A stretch of 63,924 bases of DNA, counting the filler, from Aduncisulcus paluster (taxonomy: Eukaryota), in assembly GCA_024181965.1 (NCBI GenBank). It is 46 parts of 46 records of this genome, joined end to end, with 100 filler letters (N's around TTAATTAATTAA, not from the genome) between each part and the next. Parts side by side here need not be neighbours in the genome. Positions count along the whole stretch, not along the records: positions 46,037 to 47,268 come from BQXS01001675.1; positions 47,369 to 48,579 come from BQXS01001678.1; positions 48,680 to 49,697 come from BQXS01001681.1; positions 49,798 to 51,431 come from BQXS01001692.1; positions 51,532 to 52,798 come from BQXS01001694.1; positions 52,899 to 53,955 come from BQXS01001701.1; positions 54,056 to 55,132 come from BQXS01001705.1; positions 55,233 to 56,326 come from BQXS01001709.1; 38 more parts are not named here. The stretch is one strand, 5' to 3'. The position numbers were made by a program, and so were the translations under genes. Position 1 is the first letter of the stretch. Every line of letters begins with the position of its first letter. Below the pieces are notes generated by a model. That model made no database searches. It had not been told where the DNA came from and was given only the letters and a program-made list of their open reading frames with translations. Positions 46,037 to 57,801 of this stretch are shown one piece after another.

Positions 46037-46182
46037 ATAGTAAATCTACTGAACAAACTTACTATTATTGGGCTAAGAGTTATATACTATTTCATAATAA
46101 AAAACATCCAAAAGATATAAAAATTTCTTACTCTTATTTTTTCTCCAAAGATTTAAACCATAATAAACATAAATTTTTATAA
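46037..46182 (+). pseudogene. Truncated integron-integrase-like N-terminal SAM-domain fragment
   Basis: (Y)SKSTEQTYYYWAKSYILFHNKKHPKD resembles the IntI N-terminus; similarity ends near 46120 and a stop follows. Confidence 0.6.
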
Positions 46183-47052
46183 ATGATTTTATATGAGTTT
46201 AGTTTATCTATATCATTTATCCTACTTTTTTGAAAATATGTTTTTAAAAGGAGTATTTCCTCTTTTTTAGATAGCTTGAATTCACAACACAAACTTGCTA
46301 GGTCAAAAAAGAGGTCGTTAACTCCTGCGTACTCCCAATCGATTATTTTGATACTGTTTATAGTAAATATTATGTTTTTTGGATTTAAGTCATGATGTGT
46401 CAAAACAAGCTCTTTTTTAAATCGTTTTAATTTTACTAGTTCTTTAAAAGATTGATTTATAATATAGTGAGAGTTTTTATCTTGTAATAGTTGACTATAG
46501 TAGTTAAAATCTTTTTTTAGATTATATTCTTTTCTATTTACTTTTATAGAGTGAAATTTTTTTACAGTTNNNNNNNNNNNNNNNNNNNNNNNNNNNNNNN
46601 NNNNNNNNNNNNNNNNNNNNNNNNNNNNNNNNNNNNNNNNNNNNNNNNNNNNNNNNNNNNNNNNNNNNNNNNNNNNNNNNNNNNNNNNNNNNNNNNNNNN
46701 NNNNNNNNNNNNNNNNNNNNNNNNNNNNNNNNNNNNNNNNNNACTCAAGATTGTGAAGTTTTGATTTATGGATGCCTTTTGTGAATTCAGTAATCATAAA
46801 AGAGTTCTTTTTATCTAAAAGAAAAGGTGTCGGTGCTATATTTTTTATAGCGACCTGCTTTTGTGTACGAAACTCAAAACTACGACTTATATTTACAGTA
46901 TCGTTACTTTTAAATTTTCTTACTAAATAATCTGATTGTGTAGTATGTAGCTTATAGTTTATATTACAGTAGCCTTGATTTGGAAGTAAATCAAGACTTA
47001 GTAACTTTTGATTTTTAAAAAAATCTAATTGTTTAAGTATTTGGATTTGCAT
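46134..47052 (-). CDS. Choline/thiamine kinase-like phosphotransferase
   Basis: QGYCNINY, HHDLNPKN, IIDWEYA, FDLA. Confidence 0.85.
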
Positions 47053-47268
47053 TGAAAATAAATTCTTTTTTCCATGTGAAGTATGCTACTATTGCCAATA
47101 TAGTGTATAGTACAAATAAAATAGCTGTTAGATAAAACTCTTTTTGAATATAGATATAAATAGATACTGTATCTATAATAACCCAATACAACCAGTTTTC
47201 TAAAACTTTTTGAGCTAACATAAAAGTTGCAAAAAGAGCAAAGACTGTTGTAAAAGAATCTATATATG
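47033..47268 (-). CDS. PnuC-family vitamin transporter, C-terminal part
   Basis: DSFTTVFS/AL..MLAQKVLENWLYWVIID. Confidence 0.88.
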
Positions 47269-47368
47269 NNNNNNNNNNNNNNNNNNNNNNNNNNNNNNNN
47301 NNNNNNNNNNNNTTAATTAATTAANNNNNNNNNNNNNNNNNNNNNNNNNNNNNNNNNNNNNNNNNNNN

Positions 47369-47659
47369 TTTATAGTTTTCATCAACACGATCTATAAAGT
47401 TATTATTAGTATTAAATATTTTTTCTACATCTATTTCATCTATTGTAGATTGAATATAATGACTATTTGATTCTTGAATAGTACGAATAACATCAGCATA
47501 ACCAATAAGAAGTTTAGAAGGAACACAACCTCTATTGGCACAGGTTCCCCCTAAACTTGACTTTTCGATAAGTGCAACTTTTTTACCAGACTTACCAACT
47601 TTAGAGGCTAAATTAGAGGCTCTTCCTCCCCCTATTATAATTAAATCATATTCTTTCAT
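47369..47659 (-). CDS. Class I pyridine nucleotide-disulfide oxidoreductase, N-terminus
   Basis: YDLIIIGGG, GGTCANRGCVPSK. Confidence 0.9.
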
Positions 47660-47779
47660 TATCTAGCCTTTCAAATAATTGGTTTCGTATTTATTATACT
47701 ATGAAAACTTTGAAAATGCAGACTTTATTGCATTTTCCATTTTAAATCCTTTGTTATTTTTTAATTTTTATCTAATCTG

Positions 47780-48040
47780 TTATTTTAAACTATCTTTCAC
47801 ATTTTTATAAGTATCGTTAATACCATCTTTTACCTTATCAATTGCATCTTCTGCTTTATCAGCTGTATTTTCAATAATATCTTCTCCACCATCAGCAACA
47901 TCTTCTGTCTTATCAGACACATCTTCAACTTTATCTTCAACCTCATTCTGTACGCTATTGATATTGTCTTCTACTGTATTTTCTGTACACCCTTGGAACA
48001 TAAAAACCATAAACCCTATCACTAATAATATTTTTTTCAT
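47780..48040 (-). CDS. Small acidic lipoprotein (LEA/CsbD-like repeats)
   Basis: Lipobox FQGC; ED-rich amphipathic repeats. Confidence 0.7.
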   Translation of the reverse strand: MKKILLVIGFMVFMFQGCTENTVEDNINSVQNEVEDKVEDVSDKTEDVADGGEDIIENTADKAEDAIDKVKDGINDTYKNVKDSLK

Positions 48041-48075
48041 TTTCTATCCTTTTTATCTATTTTAAATTTGAATTC

Positions 48076-48178
48076 TTAAGGGGTTTTCCCTCTTAATGCT
48101 TTTGAAACTGCTGAAACTATAAGTAATACTAAAAAAATAAAAAATAAAATTTTTGCTATACTTGCAGCAGTCCCTGCA
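48076..48178 (-). CDS. DUF1328 small membrane protein, C-terminal part
   Basis: [22 protein letters not shown]. Confidence 0.8.
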
Positions 48179-48292
48179 NNNNNNNNNNNNNNNNNNNNNN
48201 NNNNNNNNNNNNNNNNNNNNNNNNNNNNNNNNNNNNNNNNNNNNNNNNNNNNNNNNNNNNNNNNNNNNTACTCCTTTTAATATATTTAATAA

Positions 48293-48579
48293 TTATTTTT
48301 TACTATTTAGCCTTGATTGATACTCTTGTGGATGGTCACAGACAGGACATTTTTTTAATGCTTTTTTCCCTCTATGAATATGTCCACATACTTCACAAAT
48401 CCACTCTTCATTTTCATCATTACTTTCAAATTCTTTATTGTTTTCAAGTCTTTCTAGAAGTTCCTTGTACATATTTTCGTGCTCTATTTCAACATCTCCG
48501 ATTAAAGAAAGTTTTTTTGCTATCTTATCATATCCTTCATCTTTAGCAATTTTTGCAAAATCTGGATACATTGTAGTAT
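48293..48579 (-). CDS. Rubrerythrin, C-terminal part
   Basis: MYPDFAKIAKDEG, EIEH, WICEVCGH..CPVC. Confidence 0.92.
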
Positions 48580-48679
48580 NNNNNNNNNNNNNNNNNNNNN
48601 NNNNNNNNNNNNNNNNNNNNNNNTTAATTAATTAANNNNNNNNNNNNNNNNNNNNNNNNNNNNNNNNNNNNNNNNNNNN

Positions 48680-48841
48680 CGTGGCAAGCCACTATACACC
48701 TGTGGATAAGCACCCTGTACACTCTAACTTTTATAATGAGCTTATCGCAGTTTCGTGTTCACCGAGGTGATCACTTGAACTAGACTTGCATGGCTTAATC
48801 TTTGAAAGAAGCATATCACTACTGGCAGGATCAACCAGGTA
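48680..48841 (-). rRNA. Eukaryotic 18S rRNA, 5' end (divergent)
   Basis: TACCTGGTTGATCCTGCCAGTAGT..CAAAGATTAAGCCATGCAAGTCT on the minus strand. Confidence 0.95.
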
Positions 48842-49697
48842 ACCAAATAATAAAAAAGCATACGCACTACCTTTTGAGTAACGGGTATACAAGTTCTACT
48901 ATCCAGCTTTCCCAGAACACACCAAAAGGCATGCACAGGAAATAGAATTTAATTTGCGTCCACACAAAACAAAACAACAGTATGAAATATTCCACACTGT
49001 ATTTCAATTCCATATGAACGGAAACTCGATGTATTAGAAAAATAATAAATTAAGATTCAATGTACAATCGATATTCACCATAAGTTGAAAGATTAAAGAG
49101 GGAGATCATATTGCATACATCCGAAGTTAAATAACAACAGAAGTAAACTCAAGCCCCGACTCTTTTCCAGTATGATCTAAATTAACACATCGTGTGTTTC
49201 ACAGAGCCAAAATGAAATAAATTCCATTCAAACACTGCAAACTCGAAATGTCATTTGAATAGACAAACAATAGACAAAAGAGAATAAAGTCGAGTCATTT
49301 ATAAACCCAACAATAGTTCCCAATCACCTGAACCTCAGAAGAGGATGGCTATACAAATATACCAGAGACAATTCATGATTAGTACAGGTTCTTACATATA
49401 TACACTGCCCCAAACCCCAACCCCTGGGCATCCCAGGCACATTGAATACAGGTTTAAGCCGACCTTATAGTACTTCATGAGTCCTTCACCACCTTAAAAA
49501 TAGGCAGAAAGGATAACGAATATTTTCTACAGAAGGGTAAAATCATTTATGTTATGATTTCTCTGCGTCCTTGCGGACACAATGAAAAGTATTCAGACTA
49601 CTACTTTGTTGCCAAAGCCTCGTAAAAATAATTCATCTTACACAGAGAGCTACAAAAGTATGCTAAACTCAAAGAGTTCATCACAATAAAATGGATT
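48842..49697 (-). other. rDNA 5' external transcribed spacer
   Basis: Immediately upstream of 18S; 49226-49697 recurs at 55233-55704. Confidence 0.8.
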
Positions 49698-49797
49698 NNN
49701 NNNNNNNNNNNNNNNNNNNNNNNNNNNNNNNNNNNNNNNNNTTAATTAATTAANNNNNNNNNNNNNNNNNNNNNNNNNNNNNNNNNNNNNNNNNNNN

Positions 49798-50748
49798 GCC
49801 GCCATCGGAGGCCGAGGTCGCTCGCCTGCGCGAGGGGCAGACCCTCATCGGCTTCCTGGCGCCGCGCAATGCCGACAACAGCATCGGGGCGTTGAAGAGT
49901 GCCGGCGTGCAAGCCTTTGCGGTGGAAGCCATTCCGCGTATCTCTCGCGCACAGGTGATGGACGCGTTGTCGTCGCAGGCCAATGTCGCCGGTTACAAGT
50001 CCGTGCTCGTAGCGGCTTCCGAATCGACCCGTTTCTTCCCGATGCTCACCACCGCCGCCGGGACCGTGAAGCCCGCGCTGTTGTTGGTCCTCGGCGTCGG
50101 TGTGGCCGGCCTCCAGGCTCTGGCCACCGCCAAGCGCCTCGGTGCCCGCACCACCGGCTACGACGTGCGCCCCGAGGTGGCCGATCAGGTTCGTTCGGTC
50201 GGCGCCCAGTGGCTTGATCTCGGGATCGATGCGGCCGGCGAGGGCGGCTACGCCCGCGAGCTGACCGACGAGGAGCGTCAGAAGCAGCAGCAGGCACTCG
50301 AAGATGCCATCAAAGGATTCGATGTCGTCATCACCACCGCGCTGGTTCCGGGACGCCCCGCCCCGCGCCTGGTGACCGCCGCCGCCGTTCAAGGGATGAA
50401 GCCGNNNNNNNNNNNNNNNNNNNNNNNNNNNNNNNNNNNNNNNNNNNNNNNNNNNNNNNNNNNNNNNNNNNNNNNNNNNNNNNNNNNNNNNNNNNNNNNN
50501 NNNNNNNNNNNNNNNNNNNNNNNNNNNNNNNNNNNNNNNNNNNNNNNNNNNNNNNNNNNNNNNNNNNNNNNNNNNNNNNNNNNNNNNNNNNNNNNNNNNN
50601 NNNNNNNNNNNTGCCCGAACACGCCAGCGAGCTGTATGCCAAGAACATCACGTCCGTCCTCGAACTCCTCATCAAGGACGGTGCCCTGGCGCCGGACTTC
50701 GATGACGAGATCGTCGCGGGTTCCTGCGTTACCCGGGAGGTCTCCTAG
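49798..50748 (+). CDS. pntA: NAD(P) transhydrogenase alpha-1 subunit (mycobacterial), partial
   Basis: PRISRAQVMDALSSQAN, GVGVAGLQA, GGYA, ITTALVPGRPAP. Confidence 0.95.
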
Positions 50749-50750
50749 TC

Positions 50751-50921
50751 ATGTATGGACAGCTGCTGGCCAACATCGCGATCCTGGTGCTTGCCGGGTT
50801 CGTCGGGTTCGCCGTTATCTCCAAGGTGCCCAACACCTTGCACACCCCGCTGATGTCGGGCACCAACGCCATTCACGGCATCGTCGTGCTGGGTGCGTTG
50901 ATCGTGCTGGGCAATCTGCCC
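50751..50921 (+). CDS. NAD(P) transhydrogenase alpha-2 subunit, partial
   Basis: SKVPNTLHTPLMSGTNAIHG. Confidence 0.93.
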
Positions 50922-51094
50922 NNNNNNNNNNNNNNNNNNNNNNNNNNNNNNNNNNNNNNNNNNNNNNNNNNNNNNNNNNNNNNNNNNNNNNNNNNNNNNN
51001 NNNNNNNNNNNNNNNNNNNNNNNNNNNNNNNNNNNNNNNNNNNNNNNNNNNNNNNNNNNNNNNNNNNNNNNNNNNNNNNNNNNNNNNNNNNNNN

Positions 51095-51431
51095 CGGTAC
51101 GCGGTAACTGGATCGCCGCCGTCGGTATGGGTATCGCGGTGCTCGCCACGCTGATCAAGGTCAGCGAGACCGCTACCACGTTGGACTGGATTCTCATCGG
51201 CGCCGGTCTGGGAATCGGTGTCGCGCTGGGTATCCCGCCCGCGCTCAAGACCAAGATGACCGCCATGCCGCAGCTGGTGGCGCTGTTCAACGGCGTCGGC
51301 GGTGGCACCGTGGCACTTATCGCCTGGTCGGAATTCATTGAAACCAAGGGTTTCTCGGAGTTCAAGCCGGACCAGTCGCCGACCGTCGCGCTGGTGGTGG
51401 GGTCGCTGTTCGCCGCGGTCATCGGCTCGGT
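51095..51431 (+). CDS. pntB: NAD(P) transhydrogenase beta subunit, partial (mycobacterial)
   Basis: RGNWIAAVGM, KMTAMPQLVALFNGVGG. Confidence 0.93.
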
Positions 51432-51531
51432 NNNNNNNNNNNNNNNNNNNNNNNNNNNNNNNNNNNNNNNNNNNNTTAATTAATTAANNNNNNNNNNNNN
51501 NNNNNNNNNNNNNNNNNNNNNNNNNNNNNNN

Positions 51532-52728
51532 TCTCGATGCTTGATGTCCGCGCGTTCAAGTTGTGGGCGGCCTTGTCGGGGGTCGTGCCGCGGATCTCTG
51601 TGGTCAAGGGCAGGTGTTTCGCGGGCAACGCCGTCATCGCGGGTTGCTCTGACCTGATCGTGGCGACCAAGGACACCTCGATCGGGATGGGCGGTCCCGC
51701 GATGATCGCCGGTGGTGGACTCGGCGATGTGCATCCAGACGAGGTCGGGCCACTTACGGTCCAGTCCCCAAACGGTGTCGTCGACGTGGTGGTGGATGAC
51801 GAGCAGCAGGCCGTCGCGGTGGCCAAACGGCTTATCGGCTACTTCCAGGGCACGGTAGAGACCGGCGACTCGGCCGACCAAACTACTTTGCGGACAATGA
51901 TTCCCGAGCGTGCCCGGCGTGCGTATCCGGTGGGACCCATCATCGAGACGCTCGCCGACGCGGGATCGGTGACCTTTCTGCGAGAGAAGTTCGCCCCCGA
52001 GATGGTGACCGCGCTCGCCCGCATCGAAGGNNNNNNNNNNNNNNNNNNNNNNNNNNNNNNNNNNNNNNNNNNNNNNNNNNNNNNNNNNNNNNNNNNNNNN
52101 NNNNNNNNNNNNNNNNNNNNNNNNNNNNNNNNNNNNNNNNNNNNNNNNNAACAATTCGATGGTGATGGCGGGGGCGATCACCGCCGCCGCCGCGGACAAG
52201 GCCGCGCGGTTCTTGCAGCTCTGCGATGCCTTCGGATTGCCGGTACTCTCGCTGGTCGACTGCCCGGGGTACATGGTGGGTCCGGCCGCGGAGGCCGACG
52301 CGTTGGTTCGACGCGCATCACGCATGCTCGTCGCCGGGGCCGCATTGCGCGTTCCACTGGTCGCGGTCATCCTGCGCCGCGGGTATGGCCTTGGCGCACA
52401 AGCCATGACCGGCGGCAGCCTGCACGAACCGCTACTCACCGTGGCATGGCCGAACGCGCATCTGGGTCCGATGGGCCTGGAGGGCGCGGTGCGCCTGGGG
52501 CTGCGCAAGGAATTGGAGGCAATTCCCGACGAGGCCGCCCGAGAGGAGGCAGTGCGTCACGCAACCGCCGCGGCACAGGAGAATGCCAAGGCGCTCAACG
52601 CCGCTCAGATCTTCGAGATCGACGACGTAATCGATCCGGCCGAGACGCGTGCACTGGTCGCCTCCACTTTCGCCGCCGCGATGCGGGAACCGCTGCCGCC
52701 GCGCCGCCCCGTCGTCGATACCTGGTAG
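51532..52728 (+). CDS. Acyl-CoA carboxylase carboxyltransferase domain, C-terminal part
   Basis: GRCFAGNA, GMGGPAMI, ARFLQLCDAFGLP, VDCPGYMVG, EIDDVIDP. Confidence 0.92.
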
Positions 52729-52898
52729 CAGCTCGGCCATACCGATCCGGTTTCTTCGGGATTTGATCTCAAGTGCGCTTGAGATTCTAGGTTGTGGANN
52801 NNNNNNNNNNNNNNNNNNNNNNNNNNNNNNNNNNNNNNNNNNTTAATTAATTAANNNNNNNNNNNNNNNNNNNNNNNNNNNNNNNNNNNNNNNNNNNN

Positions 52899-53636
52899 TG
52901 GGGAGGATTGGAACTGAGGAACTTACTGCTTGTTTCCCTTGGGTTATAAGCGAGTCATCGTGAGCGGTGTTCTATGACCCGTCTTGAAACACGGACCAAG
53001 GAGTCGTACTCTGCTGCAAGTCGGCGGGTGGTTAAAACCCTGTTTGGCGCAGTGAAAACAAAATTTCTCCAAGCTGTGATGTCCAGGCCTCCGTGCCTCG
53101 TCAAATATGGACTGCAACAGTGCCCGCAATCTTATACCTAAGGGTTTGATTGATGAGGTGGAGCAGTAGCGTACGGACCCGAAAGGCTGTGATCTTTGCC
53201 TGTCCGCGATGAAGCCAGGGGAAACCCTGGTGGAAGTCGTGAGTGTTCTTGGCCTGCGAACCAGTCACATGAGATGGGCAAAGGGGCGAAATACCCATCG
53301 AACAGCCTCGTAGCTGGTTCCCTCCGAAATTTGCCTAAGCAAAGCTGCCGGCGAAACGAGTTATGTCGGGTAAAGATAATGATTGGAAGTAACGGGGAAG
53401 CATCTTCCTTGTCTTACTCTCAAACTCTGAACTGGCATGAACCCTGGGTTGCATAATTGAACCTTTGAATGGGATTGAATCGCGGAAGACGGTTAGTGGG
53501 CCCCTCTTGGTAAGCAGGATGGGCAATGCGGGATGAACCGAACGTTCGAGTTAAGGTGCCTAACTCCACGCTCACAGATTACATAAATGGTGTAGGTTGA
53601 TTAAGACAGCAGGACGGTTACCATGGAAGTCGGGAT

Positions 53637-53670
<34 letters not shown>

Positions 53671-53955
53671 TTAACTTGCCCAGAAAATGGATGGCGCTGA
53701 AGCGTGGTACTTACAATGACCTATACTCGACCATTACTCTGTAGCGGAGTAATGAGTAGGAGGGCGTGGGGGTTGGATTGAAGCGTAGCCCGTAAGGGCG
53801 CGTGGACCGATTCCTCCAGTGCAGATCTTGGTAGTAGTAGCAGATATTCGAGTGAGAACCTCGAAGGCCGATGTGGAGAAGGGTTCCGCGACAACTGTGT
53901 TTGGTAGCGGGTTACTCGGTCCTAAGAGACAAGCAAACGCTCTTTGCAGGTGTGT
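52899..53955 (+). rRNA. Eukaryotic 28S rRNA fragment (5' half)
   Basis: GACCCGTCTTGAAACACGGACCAAGGAG, TAGCTGGTTCCCTCCGAA, GCTAAGGAGTGTGTAACAACTCACCTGCCG, GCAGATCTTGGT. Confidence 0.95.
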
Positions 53956-54055
53956 NNNNNNNNNNNNNNNNNNNNNNNNNNNNNNNNNNNNNNNNNNNNT
54001 TAATTAATTAANNNNNNNNNNNNNNNNNNNNNNNNNNNNNNNNNNNNNNNNNNNN

Positions 54056-54607
54056 GAATCGAGCACAAAGACTCTCTTACTTGTACACTGTGGTTGCAAC
54101 ATCTTGTCGTCTTCAAGAAGGCTTCAAAGCAATACCGCTAGTAAACTAACAGCACCGCTACAGATTGATTATAAACAGCCACCAATCCCCGGAGAGAAAG
54201 GTAACCAGGAGGACAGTTTCTATTACTATTCAAATGCCGGCCATCAGCAATATAATCATCACCAATGACCATTGACATAAACGCATAGTGCCCCACGAAG
54301 ATGGCCCGAAGACCAACCCTATCATTGAGCTACTCTGTCCCGTAACGGCACTTGGTAGAAATCAAACGGCATAACACATCCGAGGACATGAAACGCACAT
54401 TCAACCCCCCAAGGCACAACCAACCCGAAACACGGATATCTCCAGCATGATTTCCGGCTTAGAGGCGTTCAGCCGTACTTCAAATCAAGATTCACACGCT
54501 GCATCGCGGCACTGTTTGATCAAACAACCGCTTACACAGGAGGTGTGTCGCACCTGTTCCTCTCGTACTAAAGTGCACTACTGTGTCCGTATTTTGCATC
54601 AGTAGGA

Positions 54608-54655
<48 letters not shown>

Positions 54656-54757
54656 TAAATGGGTGAACAATCCAACGCTTGCAGTATTGTGCTACTGCGG
54701 GATAGGAAGAGCCGACATCGAAGAATCAAAAGGCAACGTCGCTATGAACGCTTGGCT

Positions 54758-54795
<38 letters not shown>

Positions 54796-55132
54796 TCTCA
54801 AGCTTAGAAAACCTTTAATCAAAGTCGCTTGAGGTTCGATAGGCCACGCTTTCACGGCTGTGATGATTACTGGGCACCACAGTCAAGCGAGCTTTTACCC
54901 TTTTGCTCTACACGAAGTTTCTGTCTCCGCTGAGCTCGCCTTTGGACAACTACGCTGCCATTTCGTAGTTGTGCCGCCCCAGCCAAACTTCCCACCTGAA
55001 CATGTCCTCAGTATAGCTCGGTACAGACAAGCTGTACCTTCGTTCATGAGATAAGAGTCATACCTGACGGCACAACCCTGCTAGATCACTGAGTGAGCAG
55101 ATTGATACTAAGAGTGGAAGTGTTTCATCGAT
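54056..55132 (-). rRNA. Eukaryotic 28S rRNA 3' region (PTC, sarcin-ricin loop); the lowest-coordinate part may be 3' spacer
   Basis: CAGGGATAACTGGCTTGTGGCAGCCAAG, GAGCTGGGTTTAGACCGTCGTGAGACAGG, AGTACGAGAGGAAC (54555-54568), CTGAACGCCTCTAAG. Confidence 0.93.
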
Positions 55133-55232
55133 NNNNNNNNNNNNNNNNNNNNNNNNNNNNNNNNNNNNNNNNNNNNTTAATTAATTAANNNNNNNNNNNN
55201 NNNNNNNNNNNNNNNNNNNNNNNNNNNNNNNN

Positions 55233-56326
55233 ATTCAAACACTGCAAACTCGAAATGTCATTTGAATAGCCAAACAATAGACAAAAGAGAATAAAGTCGA
55301 GTCATTTATAAACCCAACAATAGTTCCCAATCACCTGAACCTCAGAAGAGGATGGCTATACAAATATACCAGAGACAATTCATGATTAGTACAGGTTCTT
55401 ACATATATACACTGCCCCAAACCCCAACCCCTGGGCATCCCAGGCACATTGAATACAGGTTTAAGCCGACCTTATAGTACTTCATGAGTCCTTCACCACC
55501 TTAAAAATAGGCAGAAAGGATAACGAATATTTTCTACAGAAGGGTAAAATCATTTATGTTATGATTTCTCTGCGTCCTTGCGGACACAATGAAAAGTATT
55601 CAGACTACTACTTTGTTGCCAAAGCCTCGTAAAAATAATTCATCTTACACAGAGAGCTACAAAAGTATGCTAAACTCAAAGAGTTCATCACAATAAAATG
55701 GATTTTGTTTACATGCAAGCGCATTTCGTGAAGACACAAAAACACACTCACACATCTTTTTTTTGGAGGCGTCCCACTGTGTAAAAGCGATTACTCACTT
55801 TTCACAATGCACAGGCCAAAAAAATCTTGAAGTCGCCTTTCTGAGACAAAAAAAAAATTTTTGCGGATTTACACCCGAAAGACAAAAAGCATAATTGAAA
55901 TCCTAGTGAGAAGCGATGATCAAAAAAAAATGTGACATTTCAGACTGGAATTTTTCACCAGCTGAAGTGACTTTTTTTTTTTTTCACCCCCTCTCATATA
56001 TATGGTATCCGGGGGTCCGGCACTTTAGCGCGACCCCCCGGAACATAAAATGCGTTTTTGGAGCTTTTTCTATTTTTGGACATATTTTTGAGAAGCTTGT
56101 CTTCTGGTGGTATTCTAAAGGAGGGGCAAAATTCGTTCTAAAAATAGCTTCCCTGAGATAAAGTTGTGTTTTTACAAGCATCCAGGTGACTTTTCATCAT
56201 TGTGAAAGCTGTGTTGTTCTGAGCTATTTTTAGACCCAATTCTTCTCAATAAGTACCCTATACTTTGTGTAGGATATCTCATTGGTTTTGACTTTTATTG
56301 ACCTAAACATCTATAATTGAGCAATA
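55233..56326 (-). other. rDNA 5' ETS and upstream intergenic spacer
   Basis: First 472 bp match 49226-49697 except one substitution, then the sequence continues upstream. Confidence 0.8.
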
Positions 56327-56426
56327 NNNNNNNNNNNNNNNNNNNNNNNNNNNNNNNNNNNNNNNNNNNNTTAATTAATTAANNNNNNNNNNNNNNNNNN
56401 NNNNNNNNNNNNNNNNNNNNNNNNNN

Positions 56427-57612
56427 ATTTTTTCTGGAGACTTAGACCAAAGAAAAGACTTTGCAGCAGGAACTTGTAAGAGTTCTAGTTACTGTGTCCC
56501 AACTACTACAATTAATTGTACAAATGATGGGCAATGTGTAGGGGCTGGTGATTCTACTGCCCCAACCCTATCCTCAGTAAGTTCAGCAAATGTAGCAGAA
56601 ACAACAGTAGATGTAAAAGGTACTTCAAATGAAGCTGGTACTATGTACTATGTTATTGCTACAAGTTCTTCTACCCCTACTCATGATCAAGTTGCAGGAA
56701 ATACAGTTACAAATAGTGTTAAAAATGGTAGTAGTGCCGTAAGTGCATCCACCGCAAAAACATTTTCTGTTACAGGTTTAACTGCTGGTACAACATATTA
56801 TTTTTATATAGTTGCAAAAGATGCAGCTAATAATGAAAGTAGTGTATCAAATGGAACTTTTACAACAGTATCTTCCAACACCGTACCAACCATAACAGGA
56901 GCAACAGCAAGCCAAGCAGTAAACGACAACGCAACTATCTCCCCATTTAGTGGAATCACATTAGCAGATACAGACAATGATAACATCTCAGTAACTATAT
57001 CTTTAGATGATAATGCCAAAGGTACACTTTCAGCTACAACTATATCAAGNNNNNNNNNNNNNNNNNNNNNNNNNNNNNNNNNNNNNNNNNNNNNNNNNNN
57101 NNNNNNNNNTAGCAGCAGCACAAACAGCACTAAGAGCTATCACATTTAATCCAACAGATAATAGAGTAGCTCCATCTTCAACAGAAACAACAACATTTAC
57201 TATTACCGTAAATGATGGAACTACAAACTCAACACCAAATAACACAACAACAGTAATAAGTACAAGTGTAAATGACGCCCCAACAGATATAACTCTTAGT
57301 AGTGCAACGGTAGGACAAAGTGGTGGTGCAAATGCTACAGTTGGTACAATCAGTTCTACAGATGCAGATACAGGTGATACTGCAACTTACACTTTAGTAG
57401 CAGGAACAGATGATACTAATAATGGAAGTTTTAATATAAGTGGTACAACATTAAGAGCCAATGATTCTGGAGCATTAGCAGCAGGAGCTTATAAAATAAG
57501 AGTAAATGTAAATGATGGGGATGCAAACTTTGAAAAAGCATTTACTATAACAGTAAGTGATGATGTAGTACCAATATTATCAGCTGTAAGTAGTGCAAAT
57601 GTGCTAGGCACA
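56427..57612 (+). CDS. Large repetitive surface protein/adhesin (FN3- and cadherin-like repeats), internal fragment
   Basis: VTGLTAGTTYYFYIVAKDAANN, NDAPTDITLS, STDADTGD..YTLV; PTLSSVSSANV recurs as PILSAVSSANV. Confidence 0.85.
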
Positions 57613-57801
57613 NNNNNNNNNNNNNNNNNNNNNNNNNNNNNNNNNNNNNNNNNNNNTTAATTAATTAANNNNNNNNNNNNNNNNNNNNNNNNNNNNNNNN
57701 NNNNNNNNNNNNAGCTACTGATCCGCCTCGGTCTGGAGGCAGCACAGAATCAGGTACATGCCTGGGGTTAGACGCCCGGATGTGCCCGCTATGGTCTCCT
57801 C

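Noticed and set aside
41792-51431. Duplicated pntB
   Set aside because: The copies lie on separate fragments and look alphaproteobacterial versus mycobacterial
52944-55054. Short ORFs within rRNA, and antisense ORFs in GC-rich fragments
   Set aside because: They overlap rRNA or well-supported genes; shadow ORFs
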